From Octopus vulgaris (taxonomy: Eukaryota), in assembly GCA_951406725.2 (NCBI GenBank), contig OX597818.1, forward strand, positions 115,010,001 to 115,074,000: a DNA stretch of 64,000 nt. The letters run 5' to 3'. Positions 13,920 through 28,936 of this stretch are shown here, in pieces; the first letter of the stretch is position 1; each line of letters starts with the position of its first letter. Made by a program: the position numbers and the translations under genes. Below the pieces are notes generated by a model that was not told the origin of the DNA, ran no database searches, and saw only the letters and a list, made by a program, of their open reading frames with translations.

Positions 13920-15329
13920 TAGTCTCTTTCATTCTTTTGTTGTCTTACCATTTTTATCAATATATATATATATATATACACGCACACACATATATAGGCA
14001 CAAAAAGAAAGGGCAAGAGAGATGAATGTGTGTGCGTGTAATGGCCATAGAGAAGATAACTGAAAGGCAAAAGGTAAAGATAAAATGTAGATAGAGAGAC
14101 ATCTGGTGGGGGAAAGTATAAAAAAAACAAGTTTAACGTAAAAGACAGCAATGAAGATCTAAAAGAAAATGGAAGGCACGATACAATCAATCGCCGGCAT
14201 TCTCCTCCCATTCTATGTCCCGAAGGGTCTGTTTGTGTTTGGTGTTTGTGAGTTACTGATAATTTGAAATTACTTAAAAATAATAATAACAAATACAAAG
14301 AATGGAAAATATTATCAGAAAATTCTAGCCAATGATGGCCTGCCACGTAGAAGAGTTCTCTGAAAATGTTAATTAAGTAAGCTTCGAGTGAGCATTGCAG
14401 AATTAAGATAACGCTTTAGACACACGTTGATGAAAGCTGAAACAAAGGACGCAGTTAAAGTGATAATTGGATTGAGATTGGCTGATAGGAGAATCTTCAA
14501 AGCATAGGACTAAATGCCATGTCATATTTACTCCAGTTACTTACGTTCTGCGTTCGAATCTCGCAGAAGCCACTTTTGTCTTTAATCTTTATAGGATCGA
14601 TAGAAAAAAAATACTCTAGGGCCAGTAATATTGATTTCGAATTTTGACAGAAAGCAAGCAATTTCGGGGAAAGGGTTACGTCAATTACATCGATCCCAGT
14701 GCTTGACTGGCACTTATTTTATCGACCCCGAAAGGGTGAAAGGTAAAGTCGACTTCAGCGAGATTTAGATTCAGAACGTAAAGACGGACGAAATGCCGCT
14801 AAGCGTTTTACCAGTCGTGCTAACGGTCCTGCCAACACGCCACATTTCTAGTGCCAGTAATATCTTTTTTTATTTGGGGCACAAGGCCTGAAATTTTAGT
14901 GAAGGGGAACTAGTTGATTATATCGACTCCAGTACATGACTGGTATTTATTCCATCGACCCCGAATGGCTGAAAGACAAAGTCGACCTCGGCGGAATTTG
15001 AAATCATCGCTGTATCTTGATTATATATTTACAACGTATAGAATGTACGATTTAATCTACTACAAATCAAAAACTGACGTCCCTAAATCAGTTTAAAGTT
15101 TTATAACGACTCTGGAGCCAATATTTATCGATCCTTGTCCTTTCCTTGGGCCGCATCATTGGCGCAGTGTAGGAAAACTTAATGCAGGGTTAATAGTTTG
15201 TCTTCCTCAGAAGCTTATAGAAACCTGCACTTACTTCATGCGCAGATCCATAGTATCTTGAGACTACGGAGATGCTTATGAACTGGATTAGAGTGTGCTT
15301 GTATTTCTTTCATGCTTTCTTCACGAAGC

Positions 15330-15755
15330 AGTAGCCACGCCAATGACTTCGTTAGGCACTGTGAGACGAGTATAATCGACGTGATTGTCATGTCTTGAGC
15401 AAGTGAAAGTTGATAACTGAATTAGAAAACCGCGAGCGGTGAAGAACTTCCAGTGAATTAAGGCTCTGTGGTGAGATAATTGGGTAAGTTTATAAGGGAA
15501 GGCTTAAGTGGGAGGAAACACGACGAGAGGTGGGAGACAAATGTGCTGGATTGGCTTATTTGGAGATAGAAGAAAACTAATTATGTGATTATAATAGAAG
15601 TTTAGAATTTAGGACAAGCAAACAACACATCTATGGACTAGAGGTTCAAGTGTACTGGAGAGAGTATCTATGACCTTCAGACAACGGCGAATATAGTACG
15701 CGTCAGGTCAGCATTGCTTTAAAATGCTCTGATGGTATATCCGATATGAAATCCT
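15330..15755 (-). pseudogene. Degraded CR1/L2-like LINE ORF2 C-terminal fragment
   Basis: Minus-strand remnants such as TLSSTLEPLVHR and VINFHLLKT resemble CR1/Zenon-type ORF2 ends; stops and frameshifts present. Confidence 0.45.
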
Positions 15756-17429
15756 TTATTTATTATGTATGCTGTGCGGATGTTGTGTGAGTGTATGTAT
15801 GTATGTACGTATGTATGTATGTATGTATGTATGTATGTATACATGCATGCATGTATGTATGTATGTATGTATGTATGTATGTATGTATGTATGTATGTAT
15901 GTATGTATGTATGAATGAATGTATGTATGTATGTATGCATGTAGGTATGCATGTATGCAAGTATGTATGTATGTATGTATGTATGTATTTATGTTTGTAT
16001 GTATGTATGTATGTATGTATGTATGTATGTATGTATGTATGTCTCTTCTATTTTTAAACCTTATAAATCTTCCGCTGAGGAGGGATCCGGTTTCCAACAA
16101 AAATACTAGGCTCAATCATTGGGATGTAGTTAACAACACAGACAAATTCACATTTGGAACTTGAGAAAAGTCTTGCATATTTTTACTGTTCCACTCACAG
16201 ATTTCACTTGTAGTGTACGAATTAGCCGGTCGAATTCTTTTTTCTGAAAATCCTAGTTTATCCAGATTCTCCTTTAAAGAATTTACTAACAAAACCTAGT
16301 GCTCCATTTATTATTGGTATGAATATGAATTCATAGTCTGGATATAGAAGCTGGAGTTTTCGACGTGGTTGTCCATGTATGTATGTATGTATGTATGTAC
16401 TACGTACGTACGTACGTATGTATGTATGTACAACTATTATCACGGTTGTGTAACCCGAGTTTTGTGTCGCTGCTTATGACTATACCATCAGAAATATTTC
16501 AAAAATAGTTTTATACGCATCGCTTATATCGACATTTCAGAACGCTATCCTCAAATTAACATAAGCGTAGTCTTGGTGGTCAGTGAATAGAAATTTGGGG
16601 TAAACAATTCTAAAAACCACTGTTCTTGCAGCATTCTTTCATTCTTTCATTCTTTTACTTGTTTCAGTCATTTTACTGCGGCCATGCTGGAGCACCGCCT
16701 TTAGTTGAACAAATCGACCGCAGGACTTATTCTTTGTAAGCCTAGTACTTATTATATCGGAATCATTTGCCGAACGGCTAGGTTACGGGGACTTAAACTT
16801 ATCAACATTGTCTGTCAAGCGATGGTGAGCGACAAACAGACACACAAATACATACACACACACACCCAAAGAAGGTGCCACGCAGTGGGACAGAACTCGA
16901 AACTATGATGTTGGAAACAAGCTTCTTAGCACAACAGCCACACGTGCCCCTATGAGTGTACATAGGAGTGACTGTGTGGTAAGTAGCTTGCTTACCAACC
17001 ACATGGTTCTGGGTTTAGTCACACTGCGTAGCACCTTGTGGAGTGTTTTCAGCTGCACAACTCGATTAGGCTTTGTGAGGGGAGGTTTCCAGGCAAGCGA
17101 TGCCAACTTTTCCCTAATGTTCAAAATCCTATTCACTCTGAATATAAAATTGGTTGCTAAAATGAACTTTCTGTTTCTTTTTTATTTTGTTTCGTTGCTT
17201 TATTTTGTTTCGTTCTCTTAGGTACAGGCGGAGCTTTGTGGTGACTAGAGACTTGCTTCCCAGCCACATGGTTCCAGGTTCAGTCACATTGCGTAGCATT
17301 TTGGTCAAGTGTCTTCTCTTATAGCCTCTTATGCCCAAGCTGCCACGCAGTGGGACTGAACCCGAAACCATGAAGTCTAACCACATGACTTCTTACCACA
17401 CAGCCACGCCGGTGCATTCACTTGCTAAA

Positions 17430-17700
17430 TTTGACTCTTAGTGTTGCTTGAACACATGTGCATACCAGAGGAGAGCTACCATCTTTTACCAAGTGCCAAA
17501 ATCGAACTGACTCTTGATGAAGGATGATGCGGTAGAGATCCTCGAATTAGCTTCAGGATCTTGTAGTTGTAAGTGGTGATGAATGAAGAGAGTGATCCAT
17601 AAAGGCTGCCATCTGTGCCTATGTGAGGTAGGTATTTAGTGCTAGTTCAGAGAAACAGACGCCATTGCAGTAGCTGTAAACAGTAGAAAAAAAACACTGT
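17430..17700 (-). pseudogene. Degraded CR1/L2-like LINE fragment
   Basis: Remnant YSYCNGVCFSELA resembles the FYRYYNGxCSSELA motif. Confidence 0.4.
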
Positions 17701-18787
17701 CTATAAATCAGTGATTGTAGCTTGTTTGGGAGCTAATCCCTTTTAATCAATTTAGTTATATAATGGGAGTACAGAAACGTCTGTTATCACAAACCCTTAC
17801 CATACTTACACAAAATGAAACATTAGAAAGAAACAAAATTCATTTCAAACTCAACAGTGTATATACCAATGCATCTGTTGCTAAAATATGTCTGCGCAGC
17901 GTAACAATAAGTCAACTAGATTAGGGTTTCACAGTCAAATGCCACTGGTGAGCCACAACTTTTATTTGGAGACATAATTTTCATACATATGTGTTAAATT
18001 AACCCAGTAACCATTGCGTTCTGACTGACAAATTCTTTTCACTAAGTAAACAATATTTTTTTGATAATTCACTCAGAATTTTAGTGTGTGATGTAACAGC
18101 GGCAATAAGAGAGGGTTAAAAGAAAATATCACCAAAATACCGATGCGTGTATGTATGTGTGTATGTGTGTGTGTGATGGGTGTATATATCTATGTGGCTC
18201 GTTTTGGGACGAATTCTTTTTGCACAACAATAACTGACTGAAATGAGAATCCACTGTGGACAACCACCATCACCACCACCGCTTTCGACCGACAGCCGGT
18301 CTTGCCATCCCCAGCACCACCCTCTCTAATGTGACCCCCACGGCGCCCCAACAACGCCCCAACATTTAAAGAACTGCTGCTGCTAGCACAAGCTCTGGAC
18401 TATCCAAAACGGCAGAATCTGTGTAAATACAGACTTCTTTGACTGATTTCCTCTAAAGATAAGCCTTTGCGCTCGAAATAGAAAGGTTGTTTTTTTTGCT
18501 TCAACTTTCAGCATTGTTAGAAGTATTCCTTATTTCTCCTTTTATTCATCATTCCAACTCTGTACTACAATGCTTCAAGCGAATTGCAACGCTCTTCTAT
18601 AACGAACCCATATTATTAAGCAAATAAGTCTCACCGTTAATCTTTATAAACCAAATGACCAGCTGATGACATAATCTGTGCTTCTAACTGGTAGCTTCCA
18701 ATTAGCATAAATGAGTACATATGGACGAAAGTAATGAATACCTGTAAGCGATTTCATTCCGTTATGGCATACTTACGATTCTGTCCA

Positions 18788-19860
<1,073 letters not shown>

Positions 19861-20377
19861 ATATGCATTTGTGTGTGTGAGTGTGTGTTATGTGTTTGTG
19901 TATTTGTGTCTTTTCCTTCCACGACTAATTGACAACCGGTGTGTGTATGTTTACGTCCCCGTAACTCAGCGGCTCTGCCAAAGTGACCGACCGAATAAGT
20001 ACCAGGCTTTAAAGGAGTATGTATTGGGGTCGATTCGTTCGACTAAAATTCTTCAAGGCGGTGCCCCAGCATGGCCGGAGCCCAATGGCTGAAACAAGTA
20101 AAAGAAAGATGTGCATGTGTGTGTATGTATGTGTGTGTGTGTGTGTGTGCACGTATGTGGGGAGATGAAATGTGAGTTGTCTGTTTCTATGCCTGCCTTG
20201 TAATTATAACCTTCAAGACGAACAGACATAATGTTATATATATATATATGTACATATATAAACATTATTGTTTACCATCTCGCAGAGAATATTCATTATA
20301 TGTATCTAGAGAAATAACAGTTAAATATTCCTCGTACTATATGATTCAGTCTATCAAGCAAAATATTGGAGAAATAT

Positions 20378-20592
20378 ATTCTTTTCTATTCTAGGCACAG
20401 GGCCCGAAATTTTGGGGGAAAGGGTCTGTCGGTTAGATCGACCCCAGGACGCAACTGGTACTTAATTTATCGACTCCGAAAGGATGAAAGGCAAAGTCAA
20501 CCTCGGCTGAATTTGAACCCAGAACATAAAGACAGACGAAATGCCACCAAATATTTCGCCCGGCGTGCTAACGTGTCTGCCAGCTCGCCGCC
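20378..20592 (-). mobile_element. SINE family B monomer
   Basis: Full head, core and tail-2 (TTGTGCCTAGA-type). Confidence 0.85.
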
Positions 20593-21344
20593 TTTGCAGA
20601 ACTACATTAAGATGAATTTGAGTAAAATCAACAATACGTTAAAGCACATAGAGTTGGAAAGGAATTTCGGGGTAGGAGATATTCTATTTTTCTTATTATT
20701 TGTTTGGCATTTGTCTTATAATGCTTACATGAAATAGTTTTCGAAATTTAATGAATGGCCCCCGCCTGACTCATCAGATCTTACCACTTCCTCACAGCAA
20801 AGAAATATCTAGCAAGTCTTGTCAATCAGCCTCGTGCTCCTAGTGGACAGAACGGGTAACATGTTGCCCCGACGGATGGCGGGGAGGACGTGCTGGAACA
20901 ACCGCGCTCTCTCTCTCACAGGGCTCGTACTTGCAGACTGACATCTCCGCTCCCATAGCGGTAAGCAGTGACGTGATCCAGGGCCAGAAAAGGTAAACAA
21001 ATGATTGCACCAATAAAATATGATACTGCGTGTATGTGCGTGTGTGTGACGTCAAATGACTGAAATGTGTGAAACAGCAAAAGAATATATATGCATGCAT
21101 GCGTGTGTGTGTGTGCGTGTGTGTGTGGTCCAAATGGTCCAATTACTTGATTGTGCCAATCAACACATCATTATATTGCCCCCGCCTATATGATTATCTG
21201 CCTCCAATCCAATGAGGATTGGTTTGGGAGTAATATCGGCAGTTGTAAAAAGTGACAGAAAAAAGCGAATGTTAGCAATTTCACATGTTGCAGGATGGTG
21301 CGTGACTTTAAGGCTCCCTGCATATTTATTGTATTAAACATAAA

Positions 21345-22521
21345 TCTAGTACATATGTGGAAAATCAGCGTGTGCTTGTTTGTGGTGTTGTTAGTAACTC
21401 CTCCTACATCGTTTTATTGATTTTGATGAAAATTGACACGTGAGTAGAACTCATGTCGGGAAACCTCGTGACATACTTAGGTTGTTGCAAAATCCGATAA
21501 TACGGTCCCTTTATACCTACTTCATATAACTAATTGTTTTAAACACCCAAGGGAAATAATCCATAGCACTTGTACAATATTTTTTTAAACACTCAAGAGA
21601 AGTAACCCATTTTGTTGTTTATGTTCGATAAACTTTGAATAATGATTTTTTTTGTATGTGTCCTATTTCTAATGTTTTCAGACATCACTTTTATACTTTA
21701 TTTGACACGTGAGTAGAACTCATGTCTGGAAACTTCGTGACATAATTAGATTGTTGAAAACCTCTATAATAGAGCTCTTCCAATGGATCCTTCTATCTAC
21801 TACATATTACTGATATTTTATTTAAACAACCTAAGGGAAATAACCCATACCACCTGCAGATTTTAGGGAAATGATCAATATTTAATTCTCACGATCAGCC
21901 GACCTAATTCTGCATTTCACTACTTACAGTTTTGAACTGCTAAACATTATTATTACACTTCTTTCATTTGAATCTTAAACCTTAAAGATTTCATTCATAC
22001 ATTTCTATACATACATACTTTTTTAATGCCCATTACTCTGATAATTCTGCATTTTTACAGTTACACTTTATCTATCACAGTAGATAATTTTTTTTATTCC
22101 ACAACGTATTTGTAGTGGCTTCATGCAGGCATAGCGCGGATTCGATCTTTGATTGCCAAATTTCACTTAACACTTCAACAGCGCTTTTTTCACGGTAAAA
22201 CAATAGTTTTTTCTGTGAATGACAGCAATTATATACATTTCCTAGACGCCTTCGCTAAGCAGAACAATGTCTCTGCCTCTCACCAACCTCCGACAACCTC
22301 TTTCACCAGCCTCCGAAAATTTTTCTTGCCAACCTCCGAAAACCTCTCTCGCCAACCTCCAACAATCTCTTCCTCCTCCAGCTGACAGTTTTTTGTACTT
22401 TTTGGAGACGGAAAATACACTTTTTTGTGGCAGTTATAAAGAAATTGCTTTCTTATATCAGAGTAATAAGGCATTTCAATAGAACATCTTTACCGCGGTA
22501 ATTACCGGGTTCACCAGCTAG
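21345..22521 (+). mobile_element. Non-autonomous Helitron-like element with internal tandem duplication
   Basis: A|TC start at 21345; ends ACCGCGGTATTACCGGGTTCACCAGCTAG|T; internal repeat 21433-21575 vs 21702-21860; short CCAACCTCC repeats at 22283-22365. Confidence 0.55.
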
Positions 22522-23004
22522 TTATACAGAAGCAAAGAAAACAAAGTTTTAAATGACGGGCGAATAAGTTTTCGATTGCAATTTGAGTCCTACGGTGGAA
22601 CCTAAAATAAATGTAACAGCCTGTTCAAGAGAAACGCTTACAAAGGCTTTTATGCTTGGATGAGCCAATGAGTGAGATACCTACATATTACAAATTTATT
22701 TTAAAAAGTAGATAAAACTCCCTGGAACATACCCCGCCCCACACTATTTTATGTATGCTCTCCCTCAATACACGCCGTGCATGATACACACTCACACACA
22801 CACACATAGTTACATATACACGTATATACACGAAATATGTGTGTGTATGTACAAGAAATAATTACCACATCACCTACAAATCATACCACAATTGTATCAG
22901 CCAACAAATGAGATTCCATATAATAAACCATCACTAGTAACAGAGTGGATTTGGTAGACGGAAACTGAAAGAAATCCGTCGTATATATATATATATATAT
23001 ACAC

Positions 23005-23349
23005 ACAAGATAAGAAAATGGAGAAATACATCCAAATCAAATATCAACTACCAGATAATACCCAATCACATACTTTATTAAACCACCACATAAGAAACCT
23101 TAAGGTCAAATATAATAATATATGACAAAACAGGAGTGTACATAAAGGAGTAATATGATACAATAACTACAATATGTATAAGAGAATATAAATATAAATA
23201 TAAATAAATATAAATATAAATATAAACTACATCTTACAGCTGTTTCGGCCCTGCAGATAAGTATGTCTCATTTTACTTATATTAGCCATGTGTGGTAGGT
23301 CAATATGTAGTTATAAATGAGACATTTACAAAAATATCCTAAGGCCTCT

Positions 23350-23350
<1 letters not shown>
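23005..23350 (-). mobile_element. Penelope-like terminal fragment with 5'-truncated hammerhead, inside a family A SINE
   Basis: Minus strand: (CTG lost)AAGA GGCC...long stem ATGTCTCATTT/AAATGAGACAT...GGCC GAAAC AGCT GTA; the distal part is repeated at 44958-45025. Confidence 0.6.
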
Positions 23351-23407
<57 letters not shown>

Positions 23408-23652
23408 TGTGCGTGTATGTTTATGTATATATTTGTGTGGTGAGTGTGTCTGCGTTTGTTGCCCCACCAGCGCTTGTCAGCCGATGCTGGTGTGTTTACT
23501 TCCCCGTAACTTATCGGCTCGGCCAAAGGAACCGATAGAATAAGTACTAGGCTTTGCAAAGAATATGTCTTGGGGGTCTATTTGGTCGAACTCAAGGCGG
23601 TGCTCCAGCATGGTCACAGTCAAATGACTGAAACAAGTATAAGAATAACATA

Positions 23653-23684
<32 letters not shown>

Positions 23685-23867
23685 AAGCCCTTAACTGCTT
23701 TCGAGTTAAATCGGAGAGGATTGGACGAAGCTCCGGCTGCAGAAGCAATTGGCTGCAAATAACCCGTGTATCTTGTTTTTTCTTGTTTGCCGTTGTTGTG
23801 CTATCGTCATCTTTTCCTGCTTGTTATGTTTTGACGATTTCTGTTTGTTATGTTTCTTTACCATTAA

Positions 23868-23923
<56 letters not shown>

Positions 23924-23934
23924 CGCGTGTGTGT

Positions 23935-24290
23935 ATGATTCTGGGTTCAGTCCCACTGCGTGGCACCTTCGGCAAGTGTCTTCTACTATAGCCTCGGGCT
24001 GACCAAAGCCTTGTGAGTGGATTTGGTAGACGGAAACTGAAAGAAGCCCGTCGTATATGTATATGTATATATATGTGTGTGTGTGTTTGTGTGTCTGTGT
24101 TTGTACACTCCAACATCGCTTGATAACCGACGCTGGTGTGTTTACGTCCCCGTAAAAGAGACCGATAGAATAAGTACTGGGCTTACAAAGAATAAGTCGT
24201 GGGGTCGATTTGCTCGACTAAAGGCGGTGCTCCAGCATGGCCGCAGTCAAATGACTGAAACAAGTAAAAGAGTAAAAGAGTAAAGAGTAT
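23935..24290 (+). mobile_element. SINE family A, 5'-truncated
   Basis: GGGTTCAGTCCCACTGCGTGGCACC...GACTGAAACAAGTAAAAGAGTAAAAGAG. Confidence 0.9.
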
Positions 24291-24425
24291 ATATATATAT
24301 ATATTGATAAAAACGGTAAGACAACAAAAGAAAGAAAGAGATCTCGATATTATTTAAATATAGGAATTTATCTGTAAATGTAATAGGTGACAATTATTCG
24401 GAAAAAGGCCCTTTGCCGATGGTTG

Positions 24426-24486
24426 GATAACTGAAGAGATGGCGGCGTGGATTTCCACCTCGGCCTCCGAAACTCGGAGCTTTATC
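24426..24486 (+). ncRNA. Degenerate hammerhead ribozyme, family 2
   Basis: GATAA CTGAAGA...GTGGATTTCCAC...C GAAAC TCGGA GCT TTATC; stem I GATAA/TTATC; cleavage triplet GCU is non-canonical. Confidence 0.55.
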
Positions 24487-24523
24487 ATGGCTACCGAATA
24501 ATTGTCGCATATTACTTTTACAG

Positions 24524-24562
<39 letters not shown>

Positions 24563-24711
24563 ATAAAATAACCAACTAAAGACAGAGACCAGTGAGGTAA
24601 CAACGAACAAATTGTGATAGTTTGACACAGGATTTCACATCAGGAATCTTGCAAAACTAGTAAGCATAAAGGTAAAGATATTAAATTATATATAGGGAGA
24701 GAGAAAGAAAG

Positions 24712-24794
<83 letters not shown>

Positions 24795-24815
24795 GATATA
24801 TAAATTGAGAGAGGG

Positions 24816-24856
<41 letters not shown>

Positions 24857-24959
24857 GTGCTAAATAGATAGATAGCTAATAAGGAGATAGAGAGACAGAG
24901 AGAAATAGATAGATAGAGATAAAGAGAGAGAGAGATAAATAGATAGGTAGATAGACAGG

Positions 24960-25014
<55 letters not shown>

Positions 25015-25095
25015 ATCATACATACATACAAGCAGACAGACCGACACATAGGCTATACATTTATGTTTATGTGTGTGTGTGTGTGTGTGTGTGTA

Positions 25096-25130
<35 letters not shown>

Positions 25131-25511
25131 TTGCATGTATGCGCTTTCATGTGTGCGCGCGTGTGTGTGTGTTCGTGTGGGCGTGCTAATCCATTTCTTT
25201 CTCTTATTTATCTTGACAAACAACAACCGTTTTCCAAACCTTCGATATCTCTTTTCATTTCAAGCAAACTCTATTGACTTTGCACTCTTATTCAGCTTTG
25301 TGTTTTTTGCATTTTTGCCCTATTTTCATTTCTTATTTCACTCCGGTTATGAATGTCTCTTTGCATATAAATAAGCAAAATCCTACGCTTGCTTTTCAAC
25401 ATATTCCTGTGTGATTGTGTGTGTATACGTACTTAAGTATATATATATATATGTACCAAGCAGGGTTATGAAACCTCTATTATACAACTCGCTCAACCAC
25501 ATATGCCACCA

Positions 25512-25553
<42 letters not shown>

Positions 25554-25872
25554 AGGCCCTTCTCACTTTTCTACCTCCCGATTTCATCTCCCCCTCCCCA
25601 TTCTCTCTCCCCCCCTCTCTCTCTTCTTTTTCAGTCAATTAAGGCAAAAAATTACACAAAGTTATTCAAGTGCAGTTTTATCCACCACCAAAAGCAAATG
25701 TACATTGTGTTAACAGAAACCTCCATGTTTAACCTGTTTAAATAGTGTTATGTATACTCAACTGAAATGCATTGCTATATAATTATATCTATCTAGCCAT
25801 ACGGCTGTCTAGCTTTCTGTCTTATGTATTTGCACAAATGCTTACAAGCATATTCATTATATACAAAACAGG

Positions 25873-26582
25873 AGGAGGCGAGCTAGCAGAAACGTTAGCA
25901 CGCCGGGCGAAATGCGTAACCGTATTTCGTCTGCCGTTACGTTCTCAGTTCAAATTCCGCTGAGGTCGACTTTGACTGTCATCCTTTCGGGTTCGATAAA
26001 TTGAGTACCAGTTACGCCCTGGGATCGATATAATCGACTTAATCCGTTTGTCTGTCCTTGTTTGTCCCTTCTGTGTTTAGCCCCTTGTGGGTAGTAAAGA
26101 AATAGGTATTTCGTCTGCCGTTACGTTCTGAGTTCAAATTCCGCCGAGGTCGACTTTGACTTTCATCCTTTCGGGTTCGATAAATTGAGTACCAGTTACG
26201 CCCTGGGATCGATATAATCGACGTAATCCGTTTGTCTGTCCTTGTTTGTCCCTTCTGTGTTTAGCCCCTTGTGGGTAGTAAAGAAATAGGTATTTCGTCT
26301 GCCGTTTCGTTCTGAGTTCAAATTCCGCCGAGGTCGACTTTGCCGTTCATCCTTTCGGGGTCGATAAATTAAGTACCAGTTACGCACTGGGGTCAATGTA
26401 ATCGACTTAATCCGTTTGTCTGTCCTTGTTTGTCCTCTCTGTGTTTAGCCCCTTGTAGGCAGTAAAGAAATAGGTATTTCGCCCGTCTGCGCATTCCGAA
26501 TTCAAATTCCGCCGAGGTCGACTTTGACTTTCATCCTTTCGGGGTTGATAAATGAAGTACCAACGGAGTACTGGGGTCGATC
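25873..26582 (+). mobile_element. SINE family B tandem array (about 4 units, 184-bp period)
   Basis: Junction AAAGAAATAGGTATTTCG with the GG at 26105, 26289 and 26473. Confidence 0.92.
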
Positions 26583-27042
26583 ACTTGGGTGGAAAAAATA
26601 TGAATTCTGTTGACGAAATTTGAACAATACTGGAGGAGTATTTTTCATCATGGGCAAGTGAATTTTGAAAGAAGGGCCTTGCAAGTCTACCAGATAGATG
26701 GAAGAGCATTGTAGAAAATGAAGGAGAGTATATCTTAAATTTAAAACAGCTTTATCTTAATTTTGAAAAATAAATGAAGTATAACAAAAAAGCCGCATTA
26801 TTTATGGGATGACCCAGTACATGTGATAGGATAAGATACATAACTCCTTCTGACAGAGAATCAAATAATGCTGTTGTTAATGATATTATCTCATTCTCTG
26901 CCCGAAAAATTCCTAATAGAAGATATTTCGTATGTCTTCTGCTAAACCTCAGCGCTCTCGATGTATTTCTAAATGTCACACATAGGTTTTCTCTGTAAAC
27001 CAAAACGATGAAATAATAATAATAATAATAACAATAATAATA

Positions 27043-27135
<93 letters not shown>

Positions 27136-27475
27136 TTTTTTTTTTTTTTTTGGCTAAACTGGCAAAATGACCATTCCGAAATACAATATCTGTTTCAACA
27201 CACGACTTCACATAAAAAATCTTGCACAACAAATATTTAAACGTACTTTTTAAAAATTATTATTAACAAATGAGAAGTGCGTAATGGTATATCATAAAAT
27301 TCTCAAATTTCCTGTTTTGATATAATTTCTCTGCAAAATACATTTTCCAGGATTTTCAACTCTTTTGTATATCTCATCCGGTTATGGCATCTACACGTGG
27401 ATTTTGAATATTGAGATAAGCAAATGTTCATCATGAGGACACAGCTTGGACTTAATCCTTAACTGCATAATATAC

Positions 27476-27525
<50 letters not shown>

Positions 27526-27966
27526 TATCCACTCAGGAACACACACACACACACACACACACATGATGTGAATCTGAGTGACACATGCCAATTATTCAGA
27601 CTAATTGATGTAGGAAATGAGTATAACTTTAGAGGAATATTTTAAAGTACATCGAAATTTGGTTAGGCATCAGAGTTTGATTAGGTGTCAAAAAACTAAA
27701 TATTTCTCACGTTCATCTATTCAGTTGTCATACTCAGAACACGTTGATATTTTAATATGGTCACGTGCAAAACTCATGTGATATTTGTAGTGTATTTAGC
27801 ATACGAAATGATATTACAGTAACTGAAGCTTTATCTTTGAACGCCAACTGAAGTATTATCTTCTGTGTGTCTCCTTTACAGACTTGCGTGTGCTAAATTT
27901 CGGCCACAGAGCATCTCACGCTTGCTTATGAGGCGACAAAGTAGATGGAATATTGAATCACACAAC

Positions 27967-28354
27967 TACACCCAGAACCATGCCAATAGCTTAGGAGTGA
28001 AATTTGGGATTTCTCGACTTTCTGTGAAATAATTTTGATAAATCTTTCCCCAGCTGGTTTGCACACTGTGGCAACACCATTATTATGTTTTCATTATTCT
28101 GGGTAACGTCCTTTCTTTATTATTTCAGATTCTTCAGCCTTTGGATGAACCACGCTGATAGCTTTTGAATAAAAATAGCCCGTCTAGATATATTTTATTC
28201 AGAAAATGAAGGGCAATGATACATATCAAGCATACATAATAATGATGTTATCATAGTGTGTAAACCAGCTGGGAAAGGTTTTATCAAAATCGATTCTCAG
28301 AAAACCGAGAAATATAAATTTCATTCCTAAGCTATTAACATGGTTCTGGGTGTA
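27967..28354. mobile_element. MITE with about 120-bp imperfect TIRs, TA flanks
   Basis: TACACCCAGAACCATG...ATTATTATG (27967-28088) is the inverse of CATAATAAT...CATGGTTCTGGGTGTA (28236-28354). Confidence 0.8.
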
Positions 28355-28626
28355 TGAACCAAATTTCTCAGTCGCAGCACAGGCTACGAATTTTTATTTC
28401 ATAGGTCGAGAATTCGTGAAACAGTAAAAGACTTCAGACAAAAACTATACTGTATACTATGAAGTGAGTACGTTTTCTTCTATTTATTATAAAAAAAAGA
28501 CGTTTTTGACGGCACATGCCTTGCACTAAATTCTGTTACTAATCTTCTCTCAATAGCTAAACCTCAGCGCTCTTGATGTATTTCTAAATGTCACACATAG
28601 GTTTTCTCTACAAACCAAAAGGATAA

Positions 28627-28692
<66 letters not shown>

Positions 28693-28720
28693 GCAATAAT
28701 AATAATAGTAATAATAATAA

Positions 28721-28930
28721 TTCGATAGATATAATAGGTTAGCTTGGGAGATTAAGCAGTTGCGGTCGCTGAAAAAGGTGGTAGTAGTACCAATAATTGT
28801 CGGAGCCCTGAGAAATACTTAGAACAAACAGAGCATCAGAGTATCACAACAAATCACACCACATACCCAAGGCACACAGAGCTGCGCTCGGTAGTGAAGT
28901 GAAAGCACGCTATAAAAATAAAACTACTGA
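28721..28930 (+). mobile_element. R4/Dong-like LINE 3' fragment inside (TAA)n
   Basis: Encodes FDRYNRLAWEIKQLRSLKKVVVVPIIVGAL, the restriction-like endonuclease C-terminal K..Y..L..E...VP..VGALG pattern; (AAT)n on both sides. Confidence 0.7.
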
Positions 28931-28936
28931 ATAATG

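Noticed and set aside
25873-26582. Regularly spaced repeats resembling a CRISPR array
   Set aside because: The whole 184-bp unit repeats, with no unique spacers and no cas genes; eukaryotic SINE array
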